Notes: a model not told the origin generated them from the sequence alone. 64,000 bases of DNA from Amoebophrya sp. A120 (GCA_905178155.1 CAJINV010000002.1:9988650-10052649); one strand, 5' to 3'. Counted from the first letter of the stretch, positions 38,662 through 51,786 are shown. Numbers and translations: made by a program.

Positions 38662-41600
38662 CTAATCCCGCTCAGTACCGCCCTGTTGGAACTGGTTGTA
38701 GTCTAGTCGGAGCAGCAAACTCTGCAGGCTGCTGGTGTCTAATTTTTTCAGCAGGCTGAACAATTCTTGCACCACCATGTCGAATTCACTTTCCAGCTTC
38801 GCTTCCCGCTTATGCACTACAAATTTTCGGCACACGACGACGCACAAAAAATGCATCATGATCATGATATGTTCTGACATCACCTATAAAAAATGTGACT
38901 TGCTCTTGCTCTTACATCAGAATGCTTCCAAGTAAAGAGCGAGGAGGGCTGTCATCATGCAAACTGTCGTTACTTGTGCACCACGTGTGGCCGGTGAAAA
39001 ATTTGCCGTGGATACAACCGCTGTTCCATTAACAGGTACTGTGCGCTGCTTGGCGCGGCCCGCGTGGCCTGGTTGCTCGTGTTGCCGATGCGCACAAACC
39101 GGTTGGAGATGCTCACAATGGACAAAAGGCACTTCAGCACCGACTGGTCTGTGTTCAGCAGAAAGCAGTCCGCGATGTCCAGTGCAAACATCTCTGTGTC
39201 TGGAACGTTGCGAGATTTGTCATGCCAGCCTGGCATGGGTCTGAGCTCTCTCTGTATTGCGTGGCCACGAACAAGAAGTCAGAGATCTCTTGTTTGTCAC
39301 GCAATTTCATCACATGCGAAATACACAACCCAGGGCCACGAAAAAATCTGTCATGCTTGGCATTGCAACTACATACTTGCGGTGTGCTCTATCATTCACT
39401 GACATGCATCACAACTTTCCAGACCTAAACTAAACATGTTTGCAATGCATACGCCAGCACGTGCGACAAAAACTGCTGGTGGGCAAACTGCAGGTCCTCA
39501 AAGTCGTTGTCCGCCTCCACAGCGTCCACCAGATTCTGAAAACTGGCCTCCAGCACGTCCTGCTGGAAATACTGCAAAATCTGCGTCACAAAGAAGTACA
39601 ACCGGTGCCGAAAGTGGTGGTTCCGCCGGCTGCGGTTGCTGAGCTCAAACTGGTTTTTGTTCCTCGCCCGGTACGTGCCGTAATCATGATGATAGCCTTG
39701 TTGTTGCGCCGCCGAGTGACTGTTTACTCCGCCGGCAATACAAGTAGATGTTGGGAAATTTTTCCTGTGCGCGTTCAGCTCGCGCACCAGCCAGATGCGG
39801 CTCAGTCCGTACAGTGCCCGCTTGTACGCGAAGAGGAGCCGAAAAAGACGGTTGTACGCCGCCAAGTTCTCGTAGCTGATAATCAGGGACAGTGGCCACG
39901 GAACGTCGAACGCGATGGACAGGTCGCGGTGCCAGGGATCAATCACCAAGTTCATGTCGTCGCTAGTACCGCCAGCGCGGTGCCTCCACGACTTCAGACG
40001 CAAGAACGCGTTTGGCTTATTCGAAGATACTTCATGATCCGGTGCAGCCGATATTGCAGCTTTTTCCACGGGAGAGTAAGCGCTGCTACATGAAAGCTGT
40101 CTGTCTTCGATCGCAACGATTCCCAGATACCCGCAGCCCAGCGGGTCAGGGCCAATTTCGGAGTACAGATCCACGTCGTTCACTTCGTACAAAATAGTCC
40201 GATAGTTATTTGTACTCGCTTTGGCCGTCGTGGGCGGGAGGTGAGGATGTAAAGATGCTTTGGAGGTAGATGAGCCGTGCGCTTGCTGCAACACCACCGC
40301 AAGCCGGTCCCCGTCGTACTCGATTTCGATTTCCAGTGGTACCTGCCCGCCATCGAACCCGTGACTCGTCGTCGTGGTATTGTTGTTTATCCCAAGGTCG
40401 AAATTGTTCCGCTCGCCTCCGAACATCTGCGACGCTTCGTCATCATAGTCGAAGCGATTTGAAGTTACTGCAGCTCCTCGCAAAGTCGCTTCAGAAAGGG
40501 AGTGATTGAGGTTTTTGAACTGGAATCCCTGGCAAACAAGGTTCAGATACTCTTGCTCAACCAGAGTGGCGGTGTCCTCTCTCGCGCTGCGATCCTTGTT
40601 CCCATCGCTGGTGTAGTGCTTGTCATCTTCCTTGTGAAGATTCATTCTTGAAGGAAAAGAGGCAGCTTCAGCAGCAGTGCTTTCATAACCAAATCTAGCA
40701 GAATTGCTGCCGCAACCCCTGCTCCTTTTCACGCTCGCACGACACCCAATTTGCTTGTTGTTCAGCACGACAAACTCCACCCAGAACGCGTTCCGGTACA
40801 ACAGTTTCTCCGTCACAGAGGGAAGTCGGTGGTCCGGCGCGCCAGCTCCTGTTCCGCGATAATTTTCGTTCACATTGAAAAACAAGTCGCCCTCGCCGTG
40901 CACATTCCGGATCTCTTCTCGCAGCGCCTGCTCTACCCGATTCTCTTTCAGCACCAGCGTAGGGTCATCGCTGGCCTGGTACACCACCGCAAAGCGAGTC
41001 AGGTGCGGCGGAGATTCCATTGGTGAGCCGGTTTGGTCCTTGTTGTAAAAAGTCTCGCTAATCCGAGCAGGATTTTTCCTGGTCCTCGCGGCGCCATCTT
41101 CAGGCCTACAAATTTGGAGCACGAAACTCGTCTTCCACGGCTCCGCGATAACCTGCCGCGCCGTGGCCCACACCATGTTCAATTCAGGGGAGGGTCGTCG
41201 TGGGTTTGAATAATTCTTACCGATTGAAGAAAACAACACTCCTCCCGCCTCCCCCTCTAGATCCGCTGGTGAGCAGTATGTTTTTGTAGACCGCAACTTA
41301 TCTTCCAGCACCAGCTCCAGGGTACCATCTGCCGCCACCCTAGCCCCGATTGGCTCCGCCGGCCTGCTTCCGATCACCTGGACCAGTTGCCCGGCCTCCA
41401 GAAAATCTTTGAAAAAGAACCCGCGGTTCAGCAGGCGCGCCTGGAAGCGGTGCATCTTCTGCGGGTCCAGCGAAAACTTGTTTTGCTGCGAGAAATTGCG
41501 ATTACTCTTCTGCTCGTAGAGTTGTTCCCCCGTCCTCGAGGACGAGGACGACATGAGGAGCAATTGGTCGCTGCTCCAGGCCAGCCGCGAATCGTAACGA

Positions 41601-44134
41601 CTCTGCAGCGCCCGGGACACCGTGCTGGTTGTTCCACTGTTCTTGCCGCCGCTACTTTGCTGTTGGCCGCCAGCACGTTTGCGGTCTTGATCCTCATCCA
41701 TTGCCAAGTCTTGCGGAAAGACCGCTCCCCCCGAGGAACTCCCAGCCAGTCCGTAGGATTCGACCTGCTTTGCGACCGCAAAGGCGTTCTGGTTCAAATC
41801 GACTTCCGCGCTCACATGGTTTGGCGGGTTCAAAAACAGCTCGTGGCCCTGGTCTAGGAAGGTCTGATAAAACGAACCGAACGCGCAACCAAAAAACCCC
41901 TTGAGGTCAAAGAAGTGCTGCAACAAGCTGGAGGTTGTTCTGGATGCGGATAATTCACCTCCCTCGCCCGATGTGTCGGCTGTTCCAGAGGAAGAAAAAC
42001 TCTGTTCTGGTCGGTCGTAGAAATCGAAATTCAACACCAGCCGCCGCAATTTCCTCCCGATCAGCTGCCGCAGAAAATTTAGCGTGCCTTCCATCACCCA
42101 CACCGGAGGTGCGGAGCAAGAGGTTTTCGCATTTGCAGATGACATATCCGAGAACGACGGAGCAGTAGTTGTAGCGCCCAGGAGCTGCAGCTCCGTCGAA
42201 TCCGACATTCTTTTCTCGTCAAACGGCTTCAGTGCCGGGAAGGACCGTGTCACTGCAAGAATCAACTCGTACAACTTGTCGAAACACTGTTTCTTCTCTT
42301 CGTTCGTCAGCCCCGCGTGACTCAGGAGCAGCGCGCGCACCGCTTTTCCCAAAAACAAGATCCGCTCCCCGAAATCGATGGCGTCGATTTTCGGGCAGAA
42401 GCAGTTGGGCAGCTTGCCCAGGTTCAAGTCGAATTGCCGCAGCCAGAGTTTCCGTGCGTACGCTGGCGAGAGAAGGTGAGAGGGCTTGTTCGTGCTTCCG
42501 TACAACCCGCTCTGATCCTGTCCAGCAAGGGCTCCAAAGGTGTCGAACGGGTCGTGGGCCCTCGATAATGAGTGGCAGTGGAGGTCTGCGTTATCTAAAT
42601 CGTACTCTAGATCCGGAGCGTAGTCGATGCCGTCGGAAAGGTCGAAGCCATAGGCTTTACTGCTTCCGGGGTGGTGGAGGTGATTCAACATCGAACTACT
42701 AGCCACGTCATCACCATTTTCCACCACCAAGCTGCCCTTCTTCTTTTCTATCACGAACTCGGAAAACGGATCGTGCAGCACACCGTGCACGCACCAGGCA
42801 CTGAGCTGCTGCACAAACGCCGTTGCAAGTCGCTTGACTAGGATTCCGAACACTGCTCGGGTTTCCGCACAGCGCAACTTCTCGCCTTCCGCGTAAACGA
42901 AGTCGAGCAGGTTGAAGTGCGCGTGATTTCGGTTATTGCCACAGCCACCAGGACTGCTGCTGATGTCGTGCTCGTCCACCGGACTGCATGCCCCCCGAGT
43001 GCTACCGAAGAACGAAGGTTTATTGTTGTTTCTTCCTTCTTGACCATCACCGTTCCCGGTTGTAGTACAATTGTTCCCCACAGATGATGAAGATGAACCG
43101 AGGACTCTGGCTCGGAAGGTATCCACGACGAAGACCAGCTTTTCCAACACGCGCGAGGGGACCTGGAGCACGGCGAACAGCTGCGGGAGCGTCTGCAAGC
43201 GGTTGTTGTTTTTCTCCTCCTCCGCTTCCAAAAACTCCAACAGCGGCCGGTAGCGCTTTTCCATGTTATTACAATGAAAAATGCCCCCACCCCCGAACTT
43301 GAAAGCATTTGTATTGCAAATCTTTCCAAATGAAACATTCGCCCTCTTGCGTGTATCAGCATCACAGATTTCCAATCGTGAATAGCAAAAATTTGTGTTG
43401 CAAAAGATCCCAGCAAGAGCGGTACTTGTCATGCAATCGATGCGAAACACGACTGGAAGTGGAATCTGCATCAGAATGAAAGATTCGCACTCCTTTCATG
43501 CATGACAAAAAGCTTTCATTTGGAAACTTCGCATCACAAATTCTTGCAAGTTCAGGGGTGGGGGGCATTTTTCACTGTGATACATGTACTCCTCGATCCC
43601 TTCCGCGAGGGCGAACGCGTAGCAACCGTAGAGCGCCAGCGCGGAAGGATCGGTCATGTCACCCAGAGGCCCAGCATCGCCTTCGCCCAGAGCGCCGGTT
43701 AAATTCCCTCTCCCACCACTCGAACCGCAAGCCGTCACACTCCGCAGGGCCGCCTTCGTTTGCCCGAGTGGAACCTCGTTCACAAACTCGTCGAGACGGT
43801 ACGCGTAGTAGCCACATTTGAGGATCTTCTCGCACAGAACGCGTTCGGGCGACGGGGCGGACACGGCGCTGTCGCCGTACCGCTGGCAGTGCAGGGGTAG
43901 GTTGTGCTCCACGATTTGGAACCCCGCCGGCGTGGACGTGACCTGGTGTCCGGTCGGAAACCCCGCGAGCGCGTACAACAGCTCATGCGTCTCGATCTCG
44001 AATCGCTGGGAGACAGGTCTCTTCGCGGGCTGGGATGTAGCGGTGGCGGCTCTCGTGGCGGGCTGGAAGCTGGAGGGAAACAGCCCTGTCGGGCCCGCGG
44101 CACCGCTACCACCGAGGTTGAAATACGAAGGCAT
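38662..44134 (-). CDS. TUBGCP4: Gamma-tubulin complex component 4 (GCP4), expanded, with three non-canonical interruptions
   Basis: HELLYALAGFP; GCYAFALAEGIEEYM-EKRYRPLLEFLE; LSAWCVHGVLHDPFSEF; VPWPLSLII..YNRLFRLL; YFQQDVLEASF; HQQFLSHVLA-DCFLL; C-terminal LQSLLLRLDYNQF. Confidence 0.85.
39176..39451. mobile_element. Old, diverged family A-like introner, 276 bp, TSD CGCGA/CGCCA
   Basis: Eroded TIR TGTCCAGTGCAAACAT versus reverse complement TATGCATTGCAAACAT, with GTCTGGAA/TTCCAGAC cores. Removing 281 nt restores GCP4 HVLA-DCFLLNTDQSVLKCL. Confidence 0.82.
43267..43582. mobile_element. Family C introner, 316 bp, TSD CATGT
   Basis: TIR TATTACAATGAAAAATGCCCCCACCCCCGAACTTG / CAAGTTCAGGGGTGGGGGGCATTTTTCACTGTGATA. 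CATGT at 43262-43266 and 43583-43587. Confidence 0.94.
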
Positions 44135-44654
44135 AGCTGTCCTTTAGGACATAATTTTGCTGTTGTACTGCATCAGACGGCTTCTTCACTGTAGTTACAA
44201 ATTCTAAGATTACGCAATTGCAATCGATTTCCAACAAAAAGATAAAGTGAAAACCCGCGAAACAGAACGAGCCAATAAAGGTTGTAATATTGACAGAAAC
44301 TGCAGCTACGAAACCTGATCTGTAGAAAAACTAACGCAGCGACCATGCACCAACGCTAATGGGTGTTGCACCTGATCCAGAAATACGTTTGTAATTATGA
44401 AGGAGCCACAGCAAAACGATTTCCACAGAAACTCTGAAACTGCCGACGGGCCCCACGAACACAATTCTGCCGCACCTACAATTCAGAGTACTTAGTAGTT
44501 CGGCTCAACCGGTAAACCACCTCACGCGGGCAGGATTGTTTGACACATGCTGAAAATGAACCAAAGCACAACTAGCGCTCAAATTCGAAAGTAATTTCAC
44601 AACAACGTTGTTCCAAAAATTTTACCAGAGCACGCACTCCGTCATTCACCCTGA

Positions 44655-45983
44655 TCATTCGACATCCTGCTTTCTACAAGCGTCGCTTTCCGCCCCGAAA
44701 TCTGCTGCGTTCATTCTTCGAAGCCCCCCGTCTCCGGGAGGACTCCGGCGCACAACAGGCAGTGCTGCCCGATCCCTAATCTCTGCTTTTGCAAAATGCC
44801 CGCAGTGAAGCGTACCCACAGCGTCGATGACGTCTTTTCGGATGAGCCACCACCGCCATACGTGCCCCAGGGAGTTCGCTGTATCGTCGAGTTTGACTTC
44901 CCATCCCAGCGGCGCGTTCAGGCGTTGCAGAATTTCCGTAGCGTACCTCCGAACCTCGTTTGCGATCGCGACATGCTCAGTGCACTCGCCTCCATCGCTC
45001 ACACGAAAAAAGCGTGTCCACTCTGAACCCCGGGGCATGGTCCAGGTCAAGAGGGCCAAGTTCTCATGGGTCAGCACTTCGCTCGACACAGAAAAGTTCG
45101 ATGCTTCTGCGGTTATCGCCGGCTCGCCAGTATTTTGCGGGGGAGGCACATCGGCTGTGCTTTTCGTCTGCTGCCTCTTCCTTCGCTTCCCGACGCTGGC
45201 GCGGCTAGTGGTTCTCTCTATTCTCTTTTGTTGTTCTGAAGATGCAGTTGAAGAAGTTGTGCTCTCCAACGGTCGGCTTCTGCCTTCCCAAGGTACAAAC
45301 CCAGCCACGTGCAGGCTCCAGCCGTGGTGTTGTGCTGAAAGTTTTGCGCTGTCAGTGAGAGACACGGGCAGCTGCATAGCCAGTGTGGTCATTTGGAATA
45401 CCTGCACTGCGCGGTCCTGTCTGTCCAGGTAGTGCACGAGCGGTAGCTTCGCCAAATTTGCAACCTTCGCTTGCTTTGCCGGAGGGAGAATGGGCAAGGC
45501 GCGCCGATCTGCACGATCTCCGTCGCCGCGCAAACCCCACTGTTTTTCGAAATCGTCCCTCTGCCGCTCTTTTCCGAATTCGTCTACGTCTGCAGCTGAG
45601 TACCGTGGCCAACTACTCGCATCTTTTCCGTCTCCACCCCACAAGTTCGAAAGGAGGGTCGCAGAACAACGTGCGTCGGAATGTGGCGAAGCCCCGGAGG
45701 ACTCAGGTCCCGCTAGCTGGTTAATGCGCACGGCGCGACGCACACCATGATCGACCGGGTGGACTTCACTTGCTGCCGCTGGCGGACCTACGATAACCTC
45801 CGTCTCAAAAGCTCTGCGGTGAGGGGAACGACTGCGGTTGTCAAGATGAAGCCCTCCGCTGATAGGCGATCTCTCCAGCTGGGCCGGATAATGTACAGAA
45901 GGTCCGCGCGAGAGCGAAACCGCCACAGAGCTTCCCGCCACAGCGCAGGCCAAAAGGGAGTGGTAGCGACACCGGAAACGCAT
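44655..45983 (-). CDS. Hypothetical protein with possible signal peptide
   Basis: 442-aa ATG-started ORF with hydrophobic N-terminus. No recognised domain. Confidence 0.6.
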   Translation of the reverse strand: MRFRCRYHSLLACAVAGSSVAVSLSRGPSVHYPAQLERSPISGGLHLDNRSRSPHRRAFETEVIVGPPAAASEVHPVDHGVRRAVRINQLAGPESSGASPHSDARCSATLLSNLWGGDGKDASSWPRYSAADVDEFGKERQRDDFEKQWGLRGDGDRADRRALPILPPAKQAKVANLAKLPLVHYLDRQDRAVQVFQMTTLAMQLPVSLTDSAKLSAQHHGWSLHVAGFVPWEGRSRPLESTTSSTASSEQQKRIERTTSRASVGKRRKRQQTKSTADVPPPQNTGEPAITAEASNFSVSSEVLTHENLALLTWTMPRGSEWTRFFRVSDGGECTEHVAIANEVRRYATEILQRLNAPLGWEVKLDDTANSLGHVWRWWLIRKDVIDAVGTLHCGHFAKAEIRDRAALPVVRRSPPGDGGLRRMNAADFGAESDACRKQDVE

Positions 45984-46831
45984 GCTGGGCAGTACTGAAA
46001 AGAAAAAGATGCTCAGAAGTGAGGTGTTGATGATTGAATTTGAAATCGTAGATGCAGAATAGAGCTACAGTTTGTTTTCTACGCCAGTCCTCCACATCAG
46101 ACGTTCGATCACGAGCAAACAACTCGCTGGGGCGGTTTCGATTAAACTCGCAATGCACACAGAACCGGGACCGCTCATGTTGGCACAACATGATCACGTG
46201 GCACTCCAAGTATAGCCTCTTTATCCAGCTAATGAGCGCACGTGAATAGATCACCGCTTTTCTTCGCGATTTCGCGCTCTCGCGGAAACATCGGTAAGAT
46301 CCCAAATTCCACATCCTAGCGCAACGAGCCCTGCATGGATCAGCTCTCCGCAAATTTTTCATTATGAGAGCAACAGTGCGAAGATCATTCGCATCTTGTT
46401 TGACAGCAGGGATCCGGGAACCCAGATCACGAGAAGATCAAACTTTTTCCAGTACAAATCATCACGAACGCCTCACTCTATGACCGCGCGACGGCTAGAC
46501 CGCGCTTGCTTCATTGCACACGAAGTGTCACCTCATCAGAACTTGAAGAAACCGAGAACGGCATGCAGTGAGAAGCCATCGTCGCACTCTGTTTGCAAAA
46601 CTAGATCCGACCTCGGGTTTCTCAACAGAAGCTGCAATTGCAATACGCTTTATGAACACGTGCCGAAATAGAAACAAAGGCCCAGAAACCTACACCTTCG
46701 CCACATGCGAAAGTTAACTTTCTTTGTTCCACTTACTGTTTAGAGTAGTAGTCACACGAGTAGATCACAGCAGCACGTTCTTTTCGGTCGAAGCCGATCT
46801 TTTTTCATCTTGTCATGCTGGAGCCCCAAAA

Positions 46832-48111
46832 TTACGGGATCATGAACTGCGCGTCCTTGTTGGTCAGGGAGCGGTACACAGCCTGGAAGACGTGCAGCTT
46901 CTCCTCGACGTTCTCTTTGTCCTTGCGATCGAGGGTGACCTGTGTTTGAAGTGCGATTTTGAGTGAAAGACGTTCCTCTGCGCACAATGCAGAATATCAT
47001 GACACATTTGCACCTCGCGCCGCACAGTCAAGGTGTACGAAAACATGAAAACATAAATCTAGAGTAAATCCCGCGCTGGAGGAAACAAAATCAAAATGGT
47101 GTGACATCACGAAGAGAAGAAACTGTAGATACCTTCAGCAGCTTGCTGCCGTCAGTGGCCATGCGGGTGCGCTTTCCGGTGATCTCGGACGGGTACACGA
47201 CGTCCTCCAGAATGGACTCGTGCACAGCGGTCAGAGTACGAGTGCGCGGGCGGACCTGATGCGATGTGATTCAGTTTGTGTTATTTGCGTATATTGAGAA
47301 GTTGAAATGCAAATGTAACACTCACCAGAAATAAACATCAAAGCGCTGTCGCAAATACCGATTTTATGCGAATAAAAAAACTTTATCAGATGGGGGAGCT
47401 TATGAAGCAGTCTGCAGAGTCGCATCCGCAGCGGCATGAGCTTTAGAAATAAAGTCCAAACCTCCATTGACAAAACTCAGACTCGACCAATTCTCAATTT
47501 TAGACTCCGATCATCATGGTTCTTGCACAAAACGCAACATCGCAACTACATGCTGCAGGCGATTGATAAACATTTCCCCTAGTTCGACTCTTCAAAAGAT
47601 CTTCAGAGTAGTTTCTCCACCATCTTAAAACACAACAAGTACCTGGATTCCGCGTCTGCGGAAGTTCTTGTCCATGATGGTACGGTTGGCGACGCAGATG
47701 ATGTGCTTCTTCTGGAACTTCTTTTCCAGTTCGCGGATCAACTTGGGGAGGATCTTCTTGGCCTCCTGGTGGACGGTGTACGGCACGAACACGATAATCG
47801 CGTTCTTGTTGGTCTTGCCACCGCTGCACTCGATCTCCTTAGCGCCCGCGAAACGGAAGTCCTTCAGGTCCGCACGGAGGTCGTTGCCCTGTAGTGTCGA
47901 GTGGGTTGGGGGAAATTAGATTTTTGCTTTCAGCGAAGTGAAATTTAGATTTTTAGAATTTTGCTGACAAACATTTTGTCATGCATCAAAGAGCCGAATG
48001 AAACAACAAAAATCATACCGGAGCAGCCTCAATATCCATGATGGCCTTGGCAACCTCCTCCTCGAGGTCGTTCGGGCTGACGCCCTTGTCCTTCACAATC
48101 TTGGAAGACAT
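46832..48111 (-). CDS. RPS7: 40S ribosomal protein S7 (eS7); exons 48111-48019, 47888-47643, 47255-47133, 46939-46832
   Basis: [14 protein letters not shown] and [28 protein letters not shown]. Three canonical GT-AG introns. Confidence 0.96.
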
Positions 48112-49126
48112 GGTGTGCTGTGTACGATCTACTCTTACTACAGTAAGTGTCCTATAGCACCGTTTCCCTGTGGAAAAATTTGGCGGAGTGTCAAAATTTA
48201 GATTCATAGTCTATTTACGAAATCCTTTAAATGTATCGGTAGTGCCGGCGGATGACGAAAAAAACTCTTCGTGCGATTCTCAGATTTCAAGTTCGTATTG
48301 GATCCCGCAGTGCATGACTTTTATTTCCTCAGATCTTTGCATCCTAAAATTTTGATCGATGTGCTTTGAAAGTTCTTGATCTTCGTTTGTGACTCGTGGC
48401 ACTAGTCTGCGATCCAAGGTGTCTTTGTGTCCGGGATCTTTAGAAATTTGCGGAACTGCTTGCATGTGTGAAAATGGAACGTATAGATCGCACTTTTAGG
48501 CTTTCTTCTATGGCAGATCCAGAGCAAGCGAGCTCTTGTACGACGTTGAACCATTTGCTCTTCACAGATCTGCGCTATCGATGTTTGTGAGCGATCCCGG
48601 GAAATTCCTGTAACTGCCTGTTGCACTGCTGCAGGAGAGATCTGTATACTGAGACTCTTGCAGAACCACATAATATGACTCAGAACTTCCAAGCAATACC
48701 GAGGATACAGCACGACTGTGATCATAGTTGGAAGAAGGCGCAGGACATGCCGTTGCATTGCGCTCTGAACCTCGCCGGTGAGCCTCAGCTGATTAGATCT
48801 TTAGATTCCGCAGAAGACAGTGAGCAAGGAAGTACACGACACAAACAAATCTGACTGCTCCGCACCGAAAAACAATGCAGCGCTTGCACTGCTACATAGC
48901 AGGCACGCCGCATTTTGGGATACAGCTTTACACATTGCGCCCCCAGTCAGCCTGAGCGCAGCAGGATTTACTGTGGAGACCTTTACACGGGGCGTCCAGA
49001 TGCAAGAATGCCATCTCTGTGATACGCGCCCGCACCTTTAAGTTTCGTAGACGCTGCTGTTCCCCGTCCCTCTCGAAAGGTTGACAGCGCATCTGACTCC
49101 AGTAGCCCTGCTAGACCTCTTGTGCA

Positions 49127-49768
49127 CTAGGCTGCGACGCGTATCTCTCCGCAGGGTTGGTCGTCCTGGAAGTAGCTGGCAGTCTCACCCTCAGCTACGT
49201 TCACGCCCGTACTGAAGCGCTCTCCGTCCGCTGCCGCTACGTCACCCGGCAAACATAAACAGTTCTCGCCATGTGCAATAGATGGTAAGTCGCACGACGT
49301 CCTCGGTCCTACTGCTTCGGGAGCTGCGTCTGCGGACCCGAACGCCGAAACACCCTCGAAGCCGCCGCTTCCATGTGTTGTTCCACCTCCCAAGGCTTTC
49401 TCATCTGCTTCGCCTTTCTTGTCAAAAAATCCTCCCCACGGTAGTGCGCCTCTTGTCTTGTAGCAGTACGCGCTCCCGACTGCGATCAGCATGCCGGGAA
49501 GCCAACACAGAAGCATCAGCCCCGTCCCGCCTAGTGGAAGTGTCTTCCCGTATCTTCCTATCTGCTCCGAAATCGGTTGACTGAACATCCGAAAAAACTC
49601 CTTGCGCAGCGCCTCCCGCTTTGCTTGCGCGCGAAGTTCAGCGCCATTATCTCCGATGGCTTGCTTCCACAAGTGTAACGGCGGCGGTGGGGTCGCGGGT
49701 CCGGTGGATTTAGACGACCATTGCAGTCCACTGCGCCGTAGTAACTTCATGTTTTCTGCTGCAGTCAC
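49127..49768 (-). CDS. Hypothetical protein or terminal exon with one TM segment
   Basis: 213-aa ORF containing GLMLLCWLPGMLIAVGSAYCY. Short coding-like minus-strand ORFs upstream (50302-50505, 50836-51050) suggest a multi-exon gene I cannot resolve. Confidence 0.4.
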   Translation of the reverse strand: MTAAENMKLLRRSGLQWSSKSTGPATPPPPLHLWKQAIGDNGAELRAQAKREALRKEFFRMFSQPISEQIGRYGKTLPLGGTGLMLLCWLPGMLIAVGSAYCYKTRGALPWGGFFDKKGEADEKALGGGTTHGSGGFEGVSAFGSADAAPEAVGPRTSCDLPSIAHGENCLCLPGDVAAADGERFSTGVNVAEGETASYFQDDQPCGEIRVAA

Positions 49769-51786
49769 CCCGCCGGAGCAGCGCTTCTAAATCATCAATG
49801 TCTCTTCCGATTTCTACGGCAACACGACTGGGGATGAAAACGAAGCGATGAGAAAGGAACCAAAGGTATAGAATCAATCCAACAGGTGCGCGCCAGTAGG
49901 TGCCCGCACTACATGCGAATTATGAAACACCTTTCGGCGCACTTGACAGACATCGACTAACTCCATCACAGCCTGTCCAGTCATATTGTTCATTGAGCGA
50001 TCTCCCCCAAAAAAAAAACCGCGTGTGATGCAGTGCTTATCCGAGTATCAAACCCCTTCGAAAGATGAACTACAGCGGATCTTCATCTTCTCGCAACTTC
50101 TGCGGACAATTAAATGTCACTACACCTTCTCACAAGTCTATGCGCTGAAGCTCAAATGCCTTTAACACTGCATAGACCTGCGTGAGACCTCGCCCACGTG
50201 GGGTTCCAAGCCGGGTCCCCCGTTCTGCCCCTACGCAGTGCTTCTTTTTCTCACAGTTGTCACATTTTGTTTTTGTTTATGAAATCTTTTGTACTCGGTT
50301 TCTATTGCTTTCGATCTGGATCCAGGCCATACTTCAAAAGCCACCCTTCCCTCCAGGTTTGCATGAAGCCGTGCTTGCTCATGCAGGAGAAGCGGAAATT
50401 TCCCCGGCTGTACCCATTGTGGATGTCGCGGAGGTGCAGCCGATTCCTCCCGTATCCTATGTAGAAACGGCCCCACCACAGAGTTGTCGCGCGAATCTGG
50501 CGCATGCCTGAAATCTTTCTCTACTACGCAGCCCCACTAGGACCACATTCTACCGCTATCTCGGAGCTTGTCGCGCTGGAGTAAGGATCAGGGACTCAAT
50601 TTGTAGCGATGCAGTTGCACGACCTAGGTGAAGGTGAACAGGACTACGCTACGAGATCAAACTTTTTGTCATGCATACGCGACTGCACCACATCAAAAAC
50701 CTTTGCACCGTCGCCGCAAGCCGCTTCGGACGCAGGAGGATCTAGGGTCAGAACCGCGAGAAAAACATCGCGCAACAGCCAAAGCTGCGCCTGCTGGTTT
50801 TTCTAGTAAAATTTGGCATTCTGGGGTGGGGACGTTTATACACAGGATATCCCGACGTGCTTGTTTTCCAGAATGCGGCCTTTCACCCCGAGCGTCTCGA
50901 AAACCGCCTTGTACACCCGCCCGTTCACTTCGTTTTGCAGGAACGCCTTCCTCGCATCCCCGTCCTTGTTCATTCGGCGACAGTAGGAGGGGAACCCCAG
51001 TGGGGTCTGTTGCATGTACGGCCCCGGATTACGCGACGACATTGTGGGCAGTGCAAATGGTCCGCGAACAAAAATGTACAGATGAGTTTTATACCCTTGT
51101 ATGCATTGAATTGCCGCGAGCACAGAGAGGGACGCAGTCGCTCTTCTTGTTCAAACGAGCACTTTGATTATGGTTTCCATAGTGTTGTGAATGTGAAAGA
51201 AAACATGGTTGGACGGTGCTCCCGAGAAGAAAAATTCCCAACTCAACACCGCATGTTGACACCTTCGAACAAGCGTTTCATTTTGGCTTCTGCCGGTTGC
51301 TTCCTTAACGACTTACCCGAGAACAACAGGCACCTCTTCAGTGCTGATGCGGTCGGAACGCGCGAACCACTGCGCAATTGCCGGGCGTTGTTCCGCCATG
51401 CCCCGGACTGCATGGTGACGAACGATGTTGTTTCTACTCACTTATGCCAAAATTCTGCTTTCATTCACTTTGTTCATTTTGAGCGGAGGTCGCATAAATA
51501 TTATAACTCGTTATCGAAATGCTGTACGCAGCGCAGTCGCGGATGTGAATCGGAGCCGGTGAGTCCGTGGAAAGAAGGTCGCTGGGCGGCGGATTGTGAT
51601 ACGAAATAAGGTTATCCTCAATTTTGATATTTTGCTACTCAGCGGTAAGACCACGACAAGAGTTCTATTCTCATCGTCAGCAAGGCTCAACATCTTGTTT
51701 TCGTGGCGACGATGTTTGTGCGAATGACCTCTGTGGCGTGCTCGATCATAGCCGATAATTCGTGGACATCAACACTGTAGTGGCCG

